Below the pieces are notes generated by a model. That model was not told the origin of the DNA. It searched no databases and saw nothing but the letters and a program-made list of their open reading frames with translations. Positions 61,173 to 64,000 of a DNA stretch of 64,000 bases are shown here, one piece after another. The stretch is from Pseudomonadota bacterium (GTDB lineage Bacteria; Bdellovibrionota_B; Oligoflexia; Silvanigrellales; Silvanigrellaceae). Where the stretch lies: positions 139,749 through 203,748 of the forward strand of contig JBDLRP010000039.1 in assembly GCA_039799905.1 (NCBI GenBank). The letters run 5' to 3'. Positions within the stretch are counted from its first letter, which is position 1; the number at the start of each line of letters is the position of its first letter. Both the position numbers and the translations under genes were made by a program.

Positions 61173-61430
61173 ATGAGCAAATTCAAGAAAATTCTCGACA
61201 TCCACGATTGCCTTCTCGAACAGGATATCAAGCGAACCCGTCCGTGGATGGTTGTTTTGATGTTCATTGCAGGTGTTGGCGGATTGTCTTTGGGATTCCT
61301 TTCTGAACACGAATATAGTGTCCATCTTGTCGCGATCGCTTCGTTCGCCGTCGGAGTCTCGGTTGAAAAATTCGCACAAACCCAAGTCCGCCGCATTGAA
61401 AGAAAAAGTCAGAACAAATTTTCCAGCTGA
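61173..61430 (+). CDS. Small 2-TM hypothetical protein
   Basis: GGAG RBS, two hydrophobic segments, basic tail. Confidence 0.5.
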   Translation: MSKFKKILDIHDCLLEQDIKRTRPWMVVLMFIAGVGGLSLGFLSEHEYSVHLVAIASFAVGVSVEKFAQTQVRRIERKSQNKFSS

Positions 61431-61612
61431 ATTATCTTTATATTCTGCACTCGCAGGCGCGAGCCCAGAAAATCGTCAAAGCGACTTTAACTTTTTTTTG
61501 CAACTCAACTTATTAAAACCACGACAGTTCTAGAAGAAACTAACGTCCGCTCAATCGAGAACCGATAAAAAAATAGGAAGATTCGGTGTTTCGACGATTG
61601 AGGGGGAATTTC

Positions 61613-62506
61613 ATGAAATATTTTTTGACCGTCGCTTCATTTGCACTCACACTGCAGGCCTGCGGCTCCGGCAGCATCGCATCTCTGAACAATGCCTCCG
61701 AGCCAGAGCCGGAAATTGGCGAATTGGTGGCAATCAATTCGGTACTCTCACTTTCAGGCAGCACTTCTGAAAGCTCGTTGCAATTGACGGTCAAAGCTGA
61801 GCCGCCTGCAGGAAGCTCAGCAGGCGGAGCTGCACCAGCGCCAGCGCCGGTGAAGGAGCCAGCGAAAGCTTTGGTTGAGCTCGCAAAGAGTGTTCGCGTC
61901 ACCTTTGAGCCGCAAAATGCAGCCAGTGCTGCAGGAAAGAAACTCGCCGAAAAAGTCGTGCTTGAGCAGGATTTTCCCGCCGACGTAAACAGCACTGAAG
62001 TGATAGAAAATAAGTCAACAATCAAGCTCAGGCATGCAGTCAAATACAACGTCCTTGTCGAGCAGCTGCGTGACGGAAAGGTCCTTCAGGAAACAAAAGT
62101 AGAATTTCTCTTTAAAAGAAAAGACTCCTCTGGGATCAAAATTTCAACAAGCCAGCGCTCAGGTGTTACCTTGCGTAATGGAAAGGGCGAAAACAACGTC
62201 CTGCGCGAATGTCCTGCCGGACAATTCATGAGCGGAATCGGCTTCAACGAGATTCCCATCTGCCGGAACATTCCTGTCGCAAGTGCAATTGCAGGTGCTG
62301 CGGAAGATAAACCAGCAGCACCCGTTTGCACCGATCCCGCGACCGGTCAGGAATGCAAACAACCCGAGCCTGCTACGCCTCACATGGCTGCCTGCGAACC
62401 GGCCAGCGGTCAGCCATGCAAGCAGCCTGAAGCTGCTGAATCATGCCCAGACAAGAAAGCAGCAGATGCAAAGACTCAACGCGAAAAGACAATCGCACGA
62501 CGATGA
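61613..62506 (+). CDS. Hypothetical lipoprotein with C-terminal Cys repeats
   Basis: GAGGGG RBS, lipobox LQAC; CPAGQFMSGIGFNEIPIC; duplicated C..PA(T/S)GQ.CKQPE. Confidence 0.7.
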   Translation: MKYFLTVASFALTLQACGSGSIASLNNASEPEPEIGELVAINSVLSLSGSTSESSLQLTVKAEPPAGSSAGGAAPAPAPVKEPAKALVELAKSVRVTFEPQNAASAAGKKLAEKVVLEQDFPADVNSTEVIENKSTIKLRHAVKYNVLVEQLRDGKVLQETKVEFLFKRKDSSGIKISTSQRSGVTLRNGKGENNVLRECPAGQFMSGIGFNEIPICRNIPVASAIAGAAEDKPAAPVCTDPATGQECKQPEPATPHMAACEPASGQPCKQPEAAESCPDKKAADAKTQREKTIARR

Positions 62507-62531
62507 TTAAGATTCTCCGTTGACACACTTC

Positions 62532-62603
62532 CCTCCGAGGAAATTTATCCTCGGAGGATTTTTGCACTGAAAAACGCCTGTGTGACAAAATCACACAGGC
62601 GTT
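62532..62603. terminator. Two hairpins between convergent lipoprotein genes
   Basis: CCTCCGAGGA/TCCTCGGAGG and AACGCCTGTGTGA-caaaa-TCACACAGGCGTT. Confidence 0.7.
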
Positions 62604-62628
62604 GTCCCAAATAGAATCAGGCGCTCCG

Positions 62629-63780
62629 TTAGAGCTTGCACGATCCGTCAATGTGAGTCTGCTTGCCCACATATTCTCCAGAGGCAAGTTTGTGGGCTAA
62701 CTTGGCTGCTGTTGGCTTGCCATTGCTGACTGAGGAAAACCATATAGCAATCGAGCCACGCTCGTTGTCCGAAATGTACTTGCTGCCCGCATCTGCATCT
62801 GATTTCATTTGCAGTTTCAATTCCTCGTCTGAGATCAGCTGCATGCCTACATTGGGCTTGACTTGGTAAGTCTGCAAGCGAATGGTGCTCGACTCTGTTC
62901 CGACTGGAGTCGCCTGATAGACAAGCTGTTCGTCGCCCACGCGCGCAGAGAAGTGACATCCTTCTAAATTTTTGAGCGTGGCCATAGCATCATTCGAACG
63001 GGCACTGCGCTCAGTTTTTGACAATGCGTTGTATTGCTGTTGGATTGACTGAACGTAGGGCTGCAGAGACTCCGCCGTCAGATTGTTCGGACATGGTCGC
63101 TGAGATGCCGCAGGCAAAGACTTAGCAACGTTCATATACGCGAGTGTTACGCCCAAGTTCGCACTCGACGGTGCCGCAGAGGAATTGGCAGTGGCGTCAA
63201 CAACCCGCAGTCCATTGTTCTTCGAACTGAGGTCGCGGGTCGCTTGGTTAATCAGACTAATCCCCCCGATTCCGGCAATGAGGTACGGATAGGCAAGAGG
63301 ATTGGCAAAAATACCAAGACCCAGCCCCGACCACTCAGCAGCAACTGCAAGTATTCCAAATCCAAAATAAGCAGAGAAGATACCGGTAGGAATCAACAGT
63401 ATTCCACGCATCCGGCGTTCAACGTCTTTTTGTGCCAAGCCCCGGTCGAGTTCAACCATCGAGACGGGGTAGCTCGTCACAGGTCGCGCATCGCGCTCGG
63501 CCTGCCTCAAAAACTGTTGTTGATCGGAAGACAAAGCATCCTTGCCGGAAAACAGCGGAGCTTTCGATTTGTCGTGCTGTGAAACGTATAGGCAGGTTGT
63601 GCCCTCAAGCAAATTAGGGAGTGCATTGATGACCTGAACACGCTTGTCAAACAGCGCGCCACCACGACCAACCACAGTTTTGGTTTCAGATTCTGAAGTT
63701 GACTTGCTACCGCAGGAAACGAGGGCAGCCGAGAGCAAGGAAACAGAGAGCACGGCTGACTGACGGGAGAAACCGGACAT
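62629..63780 (-). CDS. Hypothetical lipoprotein with internal hydrophobic hairpin
   Basis: GGAGG RBS, lipobox LVSC, about 55-aa Gly-rich hydrophobic stretch in the middle. Confidence 0.7.
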   Translation of the reverse strand: MSGFSRQSAVLSVSLLSAALVSCGSKSTSESETKTVVGRGGALFDKRVQVINALPNLLEGTTCLYVSQHDKSKAPLFSGKDALSSDQQQFLRQAERDARPVTSYPVSMVELDRGLAQKDVERRMRGILLIPTGIFSAYFGFGILAVAAEWSGLGLGIFANPLAYPYLIAGIGGISLINQATRDLSSKNNGLRVVDATANSSAAPSSANLGVTLAYMNVAKSLPAASQRPCPNNLTAESLQPYVQSIQQQYNALSKTERSARSNDAMATLKNLEGCHFSARVGDEQLVYQATPVGTESSTIRLQTYQVKPNVGMQLISDEELKLQMKSDADAGSKYISDNERGSIAIWFSSVSNGKPTAAKLAHKLASGEYVGKQTHIDGSCKL

Positions 63781-63876
63781 GGGAACGCCTCCAACAATTT
63801 TCAGACTGACTCGATAATCTTGACTGGCCAGTAAGAATATATGCTCTCGTCCGCAAGAACTTTTTAGATTGAGAAC

Positions 63877-63914
63877 AAAAAAAAAATCCCCGAGGGATTT
63901 CTCCCTCGGGGATT
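63877..63914 (-). terminator. rRNA operon terminator
   Basis: Minus strand AATCCCCGAGGGA-gaaa-TCCCTCGGGGATT plus a long T-run, just after 5S. Confidence 0.85.
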
Positions 63915-63925
63915 CAGAATAAAAA

Positions 63926-64000
63926 GGCTGCACCGAGCTACTCTCCCACAGTTAAAACTGCAGTACCATTGCCGCAGGCGGGCTTGACTTCGGAGTTCGG
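63926..64000 (-). rRNA. rrf: 5S rRNA, 3' part (truncated by window edge)
   Basis: Minus strand CCGAACTCCGAAGTCAAGC...ATGGTACTGC...GTGGGAGAGTAG...GCAGCC matches the 5S consensus. Confidence 0.95.

Noticed and set aside
1..64000. CRISPR array, cas genes, transposases, integrases, prophage
   Set aside because: I saw no regularly spaced direct repeats and no recognisable mobility or cas motifs in the ORF track.

Overview
This is a bacterial chromosomal window of mostly housekeeping genes. They include a partial complex I block (nuoCD-E-F-G-I), a yciO/Sua5-like gene, tatD, ubiG-like, panP-like, lon, GS type III, speD, pheST, rho, rocD, folB, the rpsU-dnaG-rpoD operon and the 3' part of a 5S rRNA at the right edge. 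Many secreted proteins and lipoproteins of unknown function are interspersed. Gene content suggests a Bdellovibrionota/Oligoflexia-like organism, but this is inference only. I saw no CRISPR array, tRNA, transposase or integrase. The most interesting candidates are: (1) a translationally coupled three-gene operon (28969-32536) with four degenerate FHA domains, a vWA-like membrane protein and an FHA-TM-lytic transglycosylase, suggesting an undescribed trans-envelope, wall-cutting apparatus; (2) an ECF sigma/His-Met-Cys anti-sigma pair divergent from a metal-handling operon, with one GTCAC-N16/17-CGTA motif on each strand between them; (3) an M4/M36-like metalloprotease ORF with an internal CTERM-like sorting signal followed by a second lipoprotein signal, a possible polyprotein; (4) three tandem secreted proteins, at least two of them paralogs with a variable insert; (5) a hybrid histidine pseudokinase that has lost every recognisable phosphorelay residue; and (6) large low-complexity extensions on Rho and RpoD. 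All calls come from reading motifs by eye; no database searches were run.
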